A stretch of 64,000 nucleotides of DNA, from NCBI RefSeq assembly GCF_009914755.1, contig NC_060936.1, one strand, 5' to 3'. The DNA is from the human T2T-CHM13v2.0 reference genome, Homo sapiens. This document shows positions 15,331-30,783 of this stretch, piece after piece. Numbering within the stretch: the stretch's first letter is position 1; every line of letters starts with the position of its first letter. The notes beneath the pieces are model-generated. The model saw nothing but the letters and a program-made list of their open reading frames with translations, did no database searches and had not been told where the DNA came from. The position numbers and the translations under genes were made by a program.

Positions 15331-16619
15331 CGTTTTTCTTTTTGAGCAAAGAAGAGCCTCGGTGTTTGTGAGTTAGCTCAGTCCTGTTGCTGAGAAGACC
15401 AGGGCCATTGTTGTATCCACTTAGGGACCAATCCATGTGGCAGCCATTCCAAAAAGGTGTGTTATTGTTTAGACTCCAAGAAAGTGTGGACGGTTCAGTG
15501 CAAACCTTTCACCACTCCTTGCAAAATGGCTTTCGTCTGACTGATGGTTTGAGGTCTTCACTTTTTCTTGGAATGAATGAGAATTGTAAGAGCACTTGAA
15601 GTCAGATACAGCCAACACTTGCAGCAGGCTGATGGTTTTAGCTTTCTCAAGATAACACTAAAATGGGTAGTCTGGCTAATGGGGACTCTGGAAAAATAGA
15701 ATTAGATAAAATGGGGGAAAGATTTATGATATGAATGAGAGATGCCTTATGTTGGGGGGGCAGGGTAACTCATCAACTTATTGGATCTATTATGATCAAG
15801 TTTGCTTAACCCAACACAAGTCTCATTCAAGATAAAACTAGACATTATTCTGGGACACAATCAAGCAGAATGAACTGACAAATGACATGCCTCTTAAGAA
15901 TTACCCTTCCAAGTAGTCGGGTATACAGATATAAATATGGATACAGACATAGATATTTATGGATATCTTTTGCAATGCAATTGATTCTTTTCTGTTTTCA
16001 GTAGATGCTTCCATTTCAGATCCTCTTAGCACAAAAATTTAGATCCATTCCTTTTTCTTCCCATTTCCCTTTTCCCTCTCCCAGCCGCCCCCAAACTCAG
16101 GCACACAAAAGCGACCCTGATAGATGTAGAGTGATATTACGATTGATTGGCCTGCCACTGATGGTGCGTATGTGTTTTGTCGTTAGTGGGGAGGGTGAAA
16201 GGGGGGCCGGGTAATAGAATGATTTGGCCTACAAGACAGCTCCTCCTTGATGAACAATCAGACACAAATGTCAATAACAATTGGATTGTCTGTAAGCTAC
16301 AGTCACTTAGGGCTCCCGGAGCCTGTCCACAGAGCCTGGATTGAAACCCTCAGCCTTGTGAACTCCAAATCAGGTTTGGCATTGGGAATGAAATGCCATC
16401 AGCAGTAATAGTATTATGAGGCTGTTGGTCGAAGAAGTGCAAAGGGCTCTGAATAATGCTTGGGCTCCCATGTGTCACAGGGTAGAGAAAGGCTGCATGG
16501 AAGAGAGGAGATGAGAGGGAAAACAAGGTAGGGGCTGGTGAGCTCTGAGGGGCACCTATAGTGCTACAGGCATGGAGTTGGAGCTTGCTTGCTCTTATGT
16601 TTGGAGATTGGTGAGGCCT

Positions 16620-16941
16620 CAGTTGGATCAGATGGCTGGGACACCTACACATGGCATCTCCATGTAGCTACTTGTCTTCCTTACAAGACGATGGCTAGGT
16701 TCCAATGGTGAGCATCCTGAGAGAAGTGAGAAGAAAGCCAGGTGGAAGAAATATTGCCTTTTATGACTTCTCCTGGAGGTCACAAAGAGTCACTTTTACT
16801 CTTTCTGCTCATCGAAGAAGTCAGAAAATTCTGCTCAGTTTCAAGGAGACTGGAAATAGACTCCATTGCTTGATGGACTGGCAACATTATGGAACTGGCA
16901 ATATTGCTGTGACTGCTTTTGGAAAGATCCAGTGTGCCACA
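16620..16941 (-). mobile_element. MLT1 (F/G/H-like) LTR fragment
   Basis: ccttttatgact, ttcaaggag ... tagactcca, ends tgccaca. Confidence 0.65.
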
Positions 16942-17154
16942 GTTAATATACATGCAACTCTTTGTAGCTGGCACACAGGAAGTAGATATGATTGCTTTGT
17001 TGTTCAAGTTCTTCCTGCAACCAGACATTGCAGGGCGTCGGTAGGTAGAGACGGTCTAATTCTCTGTCACTCTGCACCGTGGAAGACCCCCAGGGATTGT
17101 TCAGCAAGTGCTTGTTGAATGATGAATGGGTGATTTTAAATATTTTAACTTAGA

Positions 17155-17335
17155 ACCTCTTAAAACTGGCTGCTGATCAAAAGTTCTGAGAAGGTTGGTT
17201 TAAAATATTCCAAAATTTAACCTCCAACCTACTGAATTCCCCAGGCTGAGGCCTGGGGATGAGCATTTCTAATGTCCTCCTCCAGTGGCTCAGATGCAGG
17301 CAGTATGGGGACCAGCATTTACAAACCATTGGTTT
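17155..17335. mobile_element. MER5-like hAT-Charlie
   Basis: cctactgaat ... gcatttctaa ... aaaccattg. Confidence 0.5.
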
Positions 17336-17870
17336 GACTCAAGGGAATCCAAGATATTTAAGATGAAAGAACTGGCCCGTTTTACAGACGGGCAAACTGA
17401 GACGCGGGGGGACAAGGAGGCTTGTCCAAAGGCACATAGTGAATTAGAGTACATTCCGATAAGCCACAATACGAGAACTCCAGGCACTCTAGCTAGCAGG
17501 TGAGTAATAGTGTTGTGGGGCTAGTGATATTTTGTAGTTAGTGATTTGGTGGAGGTGGAGAGAAAGCTCTTCGAGGTCCTTTAAGTTCAGCAATTCTCAA
17601 ATTTATTTACTTCCCTCACTTTTTCTTTTGCCACATTTGAGTAGGATCTGTAGTTAATACACCTCCTATTTTTTTTAAGTGGACCTACTTTTTCCCATAA
17701 GTAGATTTTTCCTCTTCCTCAGTCATAAGAGCTGCAAAAGGAGAGTGTGATCACTGAGTCCCATGCTGATTCTAACACATACAGCAATGTACACGTGTAG
17801 CCAGTTGAATTAAGAAAAGGTTGGTCTGTGGAGCAGCTAAAATTATCTCCTGTACAGTGCATGGTTATGC

Positions 17871-18046
17871 ATATCAAGCAACATCATTTGCAGGCCCAAT
17901 GAAAAATGAAAATGTGGGGCTTTTTGCTCAAAAATTATTAAGAATCTTAAGACAGCAACAGCAGAGCATTTAGCAACGTGGTGCGCTCTTCTGTATGCAG
18001 GGACCCATGCAACTGTGCAGGTCCCACGCCCATGAAGCCAGCACTG
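17871..18046 (-). mobile_element. MER45A-like DNA transposon
   Basis: aaaattattaagaat ... gcaggtcccacgcccatgaagccagcactg. Confidence 0.8.
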
Positions 18047-18094
18047 GCTGACTTTGGGAAGCACTGTTTTAAATAAAACCACTCAGCCTGCTCA

Positions 18095-18545
<451 letters not shown>

Positions 18546-19318
18546 CTAAACTTCTGGTACAGGAATTCTGAACCCAGGAGAGCCAAGAGTTATGCCTAAG
18601 AGGCAGTTTTCATGGAGGCACCAGGGGGAATAGAAAAGAGGGATACTCTCCAAAGTGGAAGTGAGGGCACTGCCCTTGTCTGTGTGCCTGTTTGGTGATG
18701 AGTTCTCTGTAGTTAATACTTATGTGCTGGGATAAATATTTTAATATTTTCCTTCCATTGTCATGGAGGAGGGAAGGAGCAAGAGAATTGGAAGAAGAGA
18801 AGGGGCTGGGAGAGGCGAGAGAGAAAGGATGGATCCAAAAAAAGAAAAATGTTATGTAGATTTATAGAACCCTCAAAATAGTTTCAACATCCTTTCTGGC
18901 CTGGCTGTCTTGTTACCTTCAGGTGGCTGCCAATATCTGTGAAAAACTCCGGGCTCCTGGCTTTTCAGGGTCAAAATACAGAGCATATGTATTGCTTAGA
19001 GCAGAGCCAGGGGACTATGTTCCTTGGGTTTTGCGTTCTAGGACATCAGCAGCAATTTTAGAAGCGTTGCTATTTCAACTGGGTTGGTATTTCACACGCA
19101 TTTTTAAATGGAGACAGGCAAGCCCAAATACCCTTTGCAGAGGCTGCTCTCCCGCAGAAAAGCTGTGAGGTCGGGAACAATTGTTTCTGCTGCTTGGAAT
19201 GAAACCAGTTAAAGCCGTTTTCAATTCACCATGGAGAGATTCTGCAGGAAAGCTATGTTTTGTTGTAAGACACATTAGCTCTTACAAAAATCTTTGTCTT
19301 GACTTTTTTTTTTTTTTT

Positions 19319-20449
19319 GCTTTGTCTTGTTTTGTCTTGCTCTCCAAGCATGTGAGCTGAAACAAATGAATAAGTAAAACGTCTATTTAATGAGGATTCA
19401 AGCTATGTAGCCCCAGAGGAAGGAAGTAGGACTTTTAAAATAAAGAACGTCATCTATTCTCTGCCACAGACTGGAACGTCGTGGTGTCTCAGCACCAGCC
19501 CAAGCACTTTGGAGAGCTTATTGAATCCCATCCTGAACAGCAGGTGGTAGGTATGTTATTTTCCATTCATAGAGGCTGAAACTGAGGTTCCGAAGGCTGA
19601 AGTGACTTGGCCAATTTGCACAACTTGTAGGTGCTGCAACTGAGATTCAAATCCATGCTGCCCCAACTCTCAAGCCCTGTCATCAAGCAGGGACACTCTC
19701 CTTTCCTTAGCTGTGACATGTTACTCTCATTCAGTAACTTATTCCTTCAACAAAATATTATTGAGCACCTACTAGGTGCCAGGTGCAGTCTTGGGCATTA
19801 TTGATGTAACAGTTCTGCGTTTCGTTGCTCCATTTTACAACCCTGGCTTTTCTTTCTCCTCTTCATTCATAACCTTTATTTTTTAATTTTTTGAGTCAGG
19901 GTCTTGCTCTGTCACCAGGCTGGAGTGCAGTGGTGCCATCATGGCTCACGGCAGCCTTGACTTCCTGGGCTCAAGCAACCCTCCCACCTCATCTTTCGTA
20001 GAGACGCGGTCTCACTATGTTGCCTAGGATGGTCTCAAACTTCCAGCCTCAAGTGATCCTTCTGCCTTGGCCTCCCAAAGTGCTGGGATTACAGGTGCCT
20101 CCTCTCCATTCAAAAAACACTCTGCAAAGCTCAGTTAGCAATGAATCCCTCTTTGCCTTCCTCTGTGGGAGCAGTTACCCACTGGACTTTGCTTGTGTGT
20201 TAACTTGCCTATCCTCTCCATCAAAAGGTGAACTCCAGGAGGATAAGAGGCTGCATCAGGAACAAGTAGTGTTTTGTTTCCCCAGTGCTGGCTTTTGGCT
20301 TTGTCTTGTCTTTCTCTCCAAGCATTGAGCTGAAACAAGTAAATAAGTAAAACTTCAACTTCATGAAGATTCACGCTATATAGCCCCATAGGAAGGAACT
20401 GGGACTTTAAAAATAAAGGACATCATCTATCCTCTGCCATAGACGGGAC
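19319..20449 (+). repeat. Non-tandem direct doublet: 19319-19476 and 20298-20449
   Basis: Manual alignment: 17 mismatches + 1 gap over the ~131-bp core (~86%). Confidence 0.9.
19875..20100 (-). mobile_element. AluJ with central deletion
   Basis: ctcccacctc joined almost directly to gtagagac. Confidence 0.85.
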
Positions 20450-20529
20450 TGTTTCTTCTAGAAACATCTTTATCCACTTCCTTTTGGAAACTGCTTCTCT
20501 TCTAACAGTGGCGCTTCGACAGGAACGTC

Positions 20530-20936
20530 CAATCACAGCATTCCACCTCTGACCACAGTGATTGGTCCAGGCCTGAACATGTGACTCAGTCTTGACCAAT
20601 CAAATTGCTTCCTTAGGATTTTTCCTAGGGCCTTGGTGGAGAAGAGTGTTGTCCTTGCTGTTGTTTGTGTAGGTGTAGCTTCCATTCTGGCTTCCTGGTG
20701 GCATGCAGCCTGAGGGAATTAAAGGAACCCAAAAGGAGAAGTGGGGATGACAGAAATAAGAGACAGGGACTGGCTGGGTCTGAGACTTGGTTATAGGCAT
20801 CCCTAAGGCCAGTTTCACCTCTGCCCCTTCTGTGGCTTGACAGAAGAGTTGCTATTCCTCCCCATCTCTGTATTTGATTAGTTTTAGTTAGAATTGTCTT
20901 TGTGTCGCTTACACACAGAGAATCCTGACTAGCACA
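20530..20936 (+). mobile_element. Old MaLR LTR fragment (MLT1K/L-like)
   Basis: gtgattggtccagg ... catgtgactcag ... accaatca; ends cctgactagcaca. Confidence 0.55.
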
Positions 20937-21116
20937 TTCTAGGTAACCATGATGACAAACGCATGAGAAAAGCTGGAGTAGAGTGCTAAAGCCATTTACA
21001 TCAGCAAGTGTGAGGTATCACGGCATAGATGTGGGAGGGGAGAGGGTGGTGGTGGCCCCGCTGCTGGTAGCACTGTTAGGGGGTTGGATATCACCACGGT
21101 TAAGAGTCTGTGCTTT

Positions 21117-21747
21117 CTGTTGGTGGGACTGTAAACTAGTTCAACCATTGTGGAAGACAGTGTGGCGATTCTTCAAGGATCTAGAACTAAAAATATCATT
21201 TGACCCAGCCATCCCATTACTGGGTATATACCCAAAGGATTATAAATCATGCTGCTATAAAGACACATGCACATGTATGTTTATTGCGGCACTATTCACA
21301 ATAGCAAAGACTTGGAACCAACCCAAATGTCCATCAGTGATAGACTGGATTAAGAAAATGTGGCACATATACACCACGGAATACTATGCAGCCATAAAAA
21401 GGATGAGTTCATGTCCTTTGTAGGGACACGGATGAAGCTGGAAACCATCATTCTGAGCAAACTATCGCAAGGACAGAAAACCAAACACCGCATGTTCTCA
21501 CTCATAGGTGGGAATTGAACAATGAGAACACTTGGACACAGGCTGGGGAAACATCACACACCGGGGCCTGTCATGGGGTGGGGGGAGGGGGGAGGGATAG
21601 CATTAGGAGATATACCTAATGTAAATGACGAGTTAATGGGTGCAGCACACCAACATAGCACATGTATACATATGTAACAAACCTAAACCTGCACGCTGTG
21701 TACATGTACCCTAGAACTTAAAGTATAATAATAATAATAATAATAAT
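21117..21747 (+). mobile_element. 5'-truncated L1PA4-like element
   Basis: ORF2 C-terminus (CWWDCKLVQPLWK...EYYAAIK), 3'UTR, (TAA)n tail; 15-bp TSD aagagtctgtgcttt at 21102-21116 and 21748-21762; TT/AAGA site. Confidence 0.95.
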
Positions 21748-21838
21748 AAGAGTCTGTGCTTTGAGAGACTAACAGTCTTAGGTTCCTATCCCAGTTTTTG
21801 TCCAAGACTAATTGTATAATAATAGGCAAGTCACTTAA

Positions 21839-22830
<992 letters not shown>

Positions 22831-24170
22831 GCTTCAGGGCTTGTGTAGTAGTTGAAGCAGAGAAGGAGTCAGACTCGAATTCTGGATCAAACACAGAAAA
22901 CGCTTGTAAATCTCAACTTCCCATTTTACAGATGGAAAAACTGAGTTCCTAAGAAGAAAACTGGCTTGCCTAGTGCTGCAGAGCTGGTGAACGAGGAGGC
23001 TGGAATCAGAGCCTGGGTCTTCAGATCTCAAACCAGCATTTTGCTTTTTTCTGTCCCTGGAGTTCTCCCACTCTCAGCCCCTACCTGGGCCAAATCCAGC
23101 CCCTGGCAGTTCCTCTGAACTCGGGAAGAGCTCTGATTCCTCACGTACACACAGCCACGCTGTCTCAGGAAGCTCGCAATAAATTTTTTTTTTCAGGCAA
23201 CGCCTTGCTCCCATCCCTGCAAAACAATGTATTTATTATTACTAAGTCTTTTCCATCTTTGAGGAGAAAATGCGTACCACATGACTCCCCAAAGCCGAGT
23301 GGTCCAGGTTTACAAATACAGTACGTTAATAGCTTTGTAAACATTTATTCAGGATGACAGCTGAGGGAAACATGTGGCATTAATTAGAGGGCTCAGCAAC
23401 ACGGCCTATTAAGAGGAAGGTTAAATCTGAATTAGTTGGCTTTGCTGAGACAAGAGGCACTGGGGAGCAAAACTCTGCTCTAATACGTTCTGACTCTGTT
23501 GACGTGGGGTGTGCTGGGGTGCACGGGGGTCTCCGCTCTTAGAGAGGAAGGCTGTGTCTTGGCAAGATGGCTGCTGAGTCACTGGGCTGCAAAATTGTCA
23601 GGGCTGGCTTCCCCAGAGGTCTCTTCCCTGAGTCCTTCAAGCCACAGGACACCCTGAGCTTGCAGCCCATCCTGGGCAGCAGTAGAACAGGTCTAGCAGA
23701 ATCAGCTCCTGAGGCCTGACGGGTTGTTGGGGGAACAGCTCTCTGGGCTGGGAGTTGCTGCTCCCTCTGGTTTGCAGTTCCCCCTCTCTGAGCTTCCCTA
23801 GCTTCCTGGGTTTCCATGCTGAGCAGTTTGCATTGTCTCTGCCTCTGGGTACCCATGAGTGTCCCCAGTTGATGTGGGAGCCAGCCACAGAGGAAAACAG
23901 ATTCCCTGTTTCCAACATTCAATAAGGTTTAGCTTACAGTAGATGCCTTTAGGACTATTTATTCTCGGCCTCATATTCATGAGGGGTCTCAAATGGAGAC
24001 GTTTGAGTTTATCTCCAAATAGTCACACATCCACACACAGAAATGTCCCAAAAGCAGGGAAAAGAGGTGACATTTGTCACAATACTCCAAACGTATGTTC
24101 CATACTGGGAGTATATCCCATATAGAGAGTTATACATAAACATCCTTTTTTTTTTTCATAAATCTTTTAA

Positions 24171-24520
<350 letters not shown>

Positions 24521-25459
24521 ACCCTGGTTTTTATGTCCCATTTTGACCTTTCTTCATCGTAAACATTCCCAGGAGCCTCTAAATACAGAAAGGACTCTCT
24601 TAACTTCTGAGAACCTGGCCGGTGGTCTGGGAATATATGTTGAATGGATGCATGAAAGAATGAGTGACCCTGGGAAGCCATGTACCTTCTTTGGGGCTCA
24701 GTTTTATCGTCTGTATAATGGGATGATGGGCAGGGAAGGAGGGCTGGCCAAGTGGGGGCTGAGGATGCAGTGGTCTGCAGCACAGTGCAGAGCTCTGGCT
24801 TCCACTCTTCCAGCTCTGCCTGTAGGATGCTCTGATCCCTCTGTCCTGGTGCCACTCTCTTTGTTCCTCTCCTCTGGACCTTCTGATTGAGCCACCCTCC
24901 TGTCTTCCCATTGCTCAGATCAAACCCTCACTTGGCATCTGATGTGGATGGGATGATCCAGAAACAGATCCAAGCTTCCTTCCTTTTGGCACTATCTTTA
25001 AACACCCACTTTCCCCCCTTCTCTTCTCCACTCACTATGCAGGCAACAGAAGCTCAAAGACACTTTCTCATTTAGTGGTTTTCAAACATTGTTGTTTTCC
25101 TTCAAACAAACAAAATTGTAATGTAATATCTAAAATAGACAACATAGGGCATGAAGTGTGTGTGTGGGGTGTGAAGTAGGGGTAGGAGGCCTTTCCCCTC
25201 CCTCTCTGGAATCCTCTAGGATGTTGCAGAAGCTTTTGCAAAGCCTTGATCTAACTCCTCATTGAATGGATGGAGACCCTGCCACCCAGCAGGGACAGTG
25301 CCTTGCCTAGTTGGGAAGGGCTGGGGCTAGAAGCTGGTTCTTCCCACTCTACCTTGTTCAAGAGTCCAGAAGTTTGAAAGAGCCTCAGTGGTAACTCTGG
25401 CAGCAAAGAATTACTACTCATTGGACTGGAAGTAGGAGTAGAGGGGTTATGAGAGAATG

Positions 25460-25660
25460 GCCAGGAGTTAGACCCCCTGGGTTCTAATCCTGGCCTTCCT
25501 ACTTAGGAACTGTGTGACTCTGAGCAAGCTGCCTTGCCTCTCTGTGCCTCAGTTTCCTTATTGCCAAAAAGGGAACAATAATAGCTACTTTACTGGGTTG
25601 TGGTGAGGGTCAAATGAGATGGGACACATATATTTAGCACTAGAGCCTGATACACAGAAA
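25460..25660 (+). mobile_element. MIR
   Basis: ctgtgtgactctgagcaag ... tctctgtgcctcagtttcc. Confidence 0.8.
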
Positions 25661-25912
25661 GGACATTGTTTTCAAGGTGTTCAACTTATTATCTCATGTT
25701 GAACTCATCTCATTTTTTACTAATATTTTACATTTTATATAATTAAATTACATGACATTTATGAATACAACTGGCATCAATAGGTTTGGGAACAAAGACA
25801 AGCAACTGCTGGTGATCATATAGCTCAGCTGGTGGGGGCTGGTTTGAATGAGATTCCACCGAGGAGTCTCCCAGCTCAAGTATTTCTGGGGGTGTTAGTA
25901 ACTATCAACATA

Positions 25913-26436
25913 CAGTTGATCCTTGAACAATGCAGGGGGTTGGGGTCCTCCCTCAACCCACCCCTCTTGCACAGTTAAAAATTTGCATATAACTTTTGCC
26001 ACCTCCCCCAAAACTTAACTGCTAACAGCCTACTATTGACTGGAAGCCTTTCTAATGGCATAGTCAATGAACTCGTCTTTTTAAAATATTATATATATAT
26101 ACATGATATACTGTATTATATATTATATGCTATATTATATATGTATCGTATACTATATTCTTACAATAATATAAAATTATATTATTTATTCTTACCGTAA
26201 AGAAAGGTAGAGAAAGGAAAATGTTATTAAGAAAACTATAAGGAAGAGAAAATATATTTATGATTCATTAAATGGAAGTGGATCATCGTATAGGTCTTCA
26301 TCCTCATGGTCTTTGAGTCGGCTGAGGAGGAGGAGGAGGAGGAAGGATTGATCTTGCTGTCTCAGGGGTGGCAGAGGCAGAAGAAAATACGAGCAGCCTC
26401 ATGCAGTTCAACTCCATGTTGTTCAACGGTCAACTG
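25913..26436. mobile_element. Tigger2a-like DNA transposon
   Basis: TIRs cagttgatccttgaacaa / ttgttcaacggtcaactg, TA duplications, (GAG)n internal motif. Confidence 0.9.
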
Positions 26437-26772
26437 TAATCCATGGAGGGAAATCTGGTGAGTAGGTCAAGAGGAGGTTGGTTAAGAGAATGTCAATAAC
26501 ATTGTGACCCCTGTTTCACAGATGAGGAAACCAAGACACAGAGAGGGGTGGTAACTTGCTCAAGCTCACATAATCAGTTGGCTATGGACCTGAGCGGCCC
26601 TGCACCCCATGTACTCCTCTTGAGAATTCACAAGGCACATCAACACATCAAGGGCCCTGCGGTGTCCTACAGGAAAGGATCCTGTTTGATTTTGCCAATT
26701 TGAGCTTTGTCTAACTTATTTAATTATGACTTCTTATAACATCCTCTTTCCCCTTCAAAAGTATATAAAACC

Positions 26773-27070
<298 letters not shown>

Positions 27071-27076
27071 ACACAA

Positions 27077-27152
27077 CATATATGTGTGTATACATATATA
27101 TGTATATGTGTACATATATATATATATATGTGTGTACATATATATATATATA

Positions 27153-27213
<61 letters not shown>
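27077..27213. repeat. Compound (TA)n/(TGTACA) microsatellite behind an Alu tail
   Basis: Seen directly. Confidence 0.95.
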
Positions 27214-27214
<1 letters not shown>

Positions 27215-27274
27215 ACCTCCTATTACACAGATGCTACAAGTCCGTGGGGACCACCTGGTAAAACCATGGACTTT

Positions 27275-27628
27275 CATGCTTCTCACCCTGTGATATGCAC
27301 ATGACTCTCCTGGAGATCTTGTTAAAATGCAAATTCTGGGCTAGGCACAGTGGCTGATGCCTGTAATCATAGCACTTTGAAAGACTGAAGCGGGAGGATT
27401 GCTTGGCCCAGGAGTTCAAGACCAGCCTGGGCAACAAAGTGAGAGCCCGTCTCTAATATTATTATTATTTTTTAAAGCAAATTCTGCCTTAAGTAGATAT
27501 GGTATTATTATTATTTTTTTAAAGCAAAATCTGCCTTAAGTAGATACGGGGTGGAGCTGGTGAGCCTACATTTGTCAAAAGCTCCCAGGGGAGGCGAATG
27601 TGGTGCTGGTCCATCCTGTGAGTGGCAA
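27275..27628. mobile_element. MER5A-like element split by a FLAM (+, 27339-27470)
   Basis: cctggagatcttgttaaaatgcaaattctg ... aagctcccagg ... gctggtcc; TSD gcaaattctg. Confidence 0.75.
27457..27549 (+). repeat. 46/47-bp tandem duplication
   Basis: Units 27457-27502 and 27503-27549; 2 substitutions + 1 indel. Confidence 0.9.
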
Positions 27629-27639
27629 CAGTCTCCATT

Positions 27640-27993
27640 TGCACGGTCCAATAGAAATATGTGAGCCATAGATGCAGTTTTAAGCTTTCTAGTAGCCATA
27701 TTTTTAAAAAAGGTAGAAAGAAACACTTGATATTCATTTTAACATATTTTGTTTCACCCAATAAAAAATATTATTTCAACATGTGACTAATATAAAGTAT
27801 AAAACCAGGATAAAAATATAAAATATATAGATAAAAATGTAAAAATGATACCATATATTCTCTTTTAATGTACTAAGGCTTGAAAATCCAGTATGTAGTT
27901 TATACTTACAGTATATTTTAATCCGAACCAGCCACATTTCAAGTGTTCAGCAGCCCCGCGTGGCCGGCGGCTTCGCTACCGGATCACACAGCT
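27640..27993. mobile_element. MER33-like hAT-Charlie
   Basis: gtccaatagaaatat ... ttttctagtagccatatt ... cagccacatttcaagtg. Confidence 0.8.
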
Positions 27994-28213
27994 CTAGAAC
28001 GCAGGCTGTGGTCTAAGACTGCCTAGCTTACATGTCTGGCTCTGCCACCTGTTTGTTGTGAAATGTGGTCAGCTACTTAACTTTACAGTTTCTTCATCTG
28101 TAAAAGGAGACTAACATGAAGGTCACGGCACCTGGCCGGATCATCCTTCCTATAGCTGTCAGGTTCTTCAAATCCGAGACACAACATACAGCACAGCTCT
28201 TAAGAAAGATGGT

Positions 28214-28500
<287 letters not shown>

Positions 28501-28710
28501 GGAGAGGGGAGGGGAGGGGAGGGGAGGGGAGGGGAGGGGAGGGGAGGGGAGGGGAGGGGAGGGGAGGGGAGGGGAGGGGAGGGGAGGGGAGGGGAGGGGA
28601 GGGGAGGGGAGGGGAGGGGAGGGGAGGGGAGGGGAGGGGAGGGGAGGGGAGGGGAGGGGAGGGGAGGGGAGGGGAGGGGAGGGGAGGGGAGAGGAGAGGA
28701 GAGGAGAGAA
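28501..28710. repeat. (GGGGA)37 plus (GAGGA)n purine tract
   Basis: Uninterrupted 28506-28690. Confidence 0.98.
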
Positions 28711-29098
<388 letters not shown>

Positions 29099-29172
29099 TC
29101 ATCTGGATTCTTCTCTCTGGGTTCTTCACTGTGTGAGCCATGGGTGACATTTTGCTTGTTTCCTGAAGTGCA

Positions 29173-29480
<308 letters not shown>

Positions 29481-30326
29481 GGGTGCATAATTTTTTAATG
29501 GTTGACTGGCTGTGTGGAGGGGGAAGCAAGGGCTGGGGCCTGGGAAGGGAGGAGTTGGATAAACAGGCAGCCTGGCCTCTTCCGGGCCCAGAGTTTGCTG
29601 CAGGTGCATTGAGTAACAAAGGCCTAAGTTCTGTTCTGGGACGGCTGTGCCTGGTCTTTCAGGTATAGATAATAAACATTAGGTAAATGCATGGGCAGAT
29701 TGAGCCAACGGAAACACAGCCCACAGAACCTCAGAAAAATAACTGAGACGAATGGGCCTCAGGGTTTGAAGGGCTCCTTTTATGAACCTGCCTGAGGATG
29801 CAGCCTTTTGTGTGATGTTTCCTTTTCTCTTTTCTTTTTTTTCTCCTTCCTTTCATTTTCTCTTCTACTTTTTCTAATGCAGGAAGGAGGAGGTTGCTTT
29901 TATTTAGTCCGAGTGCTTAGGCATTTCCATCAGCCCCAGCTGTGTGTATTTCACGTCCCTGAGACTGTGTCCTTCCTACCCCAGTTTCTCCCAAGCATCT
30001 CATGGGCCCGCGGGTGAAGACTTAAGACTTAAAAGACCCATCCTAACCCCAAAGAAACTGGGATGCTTCTCCAAGCTTTGCTTCCCTTTTATGCCAAATC
30101 TCTGAGGTCTCCCAGTCTCCAGATTCAACAGGAATCTCAGAGCAGTGCTGGGCTGGGAAGCCTGGGGTGCTGCTTGTGTCTCCTCCTGGAGCTGGAATGG
30201 GCACATCCCACCCAGCACACACTCCTGTCTGCTGGGCCTGAGGCAGAGATGGAGCCGGGACCTTCAACACCCATTTCAAAAGGGGAAGGAAGAGCCTTGC
30301 CTCAGGACAGCCCATTGGGTTGGTGA

Positions 30327-30783
<457 letters not shown>

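Noticed and set aside
17238-17259. 9-bp hairpin tccccaggc-tgag-gcctgggga
   Set aside because: A few 9-bp hairpins are expected by chance in 64 kb, and the host element is too diverged to polarise.
20983-21423. 146-aa ORF
   Set aside because: C-terminus of L1 ORF2p in a truncated element, fused by chance to flanking sequence.
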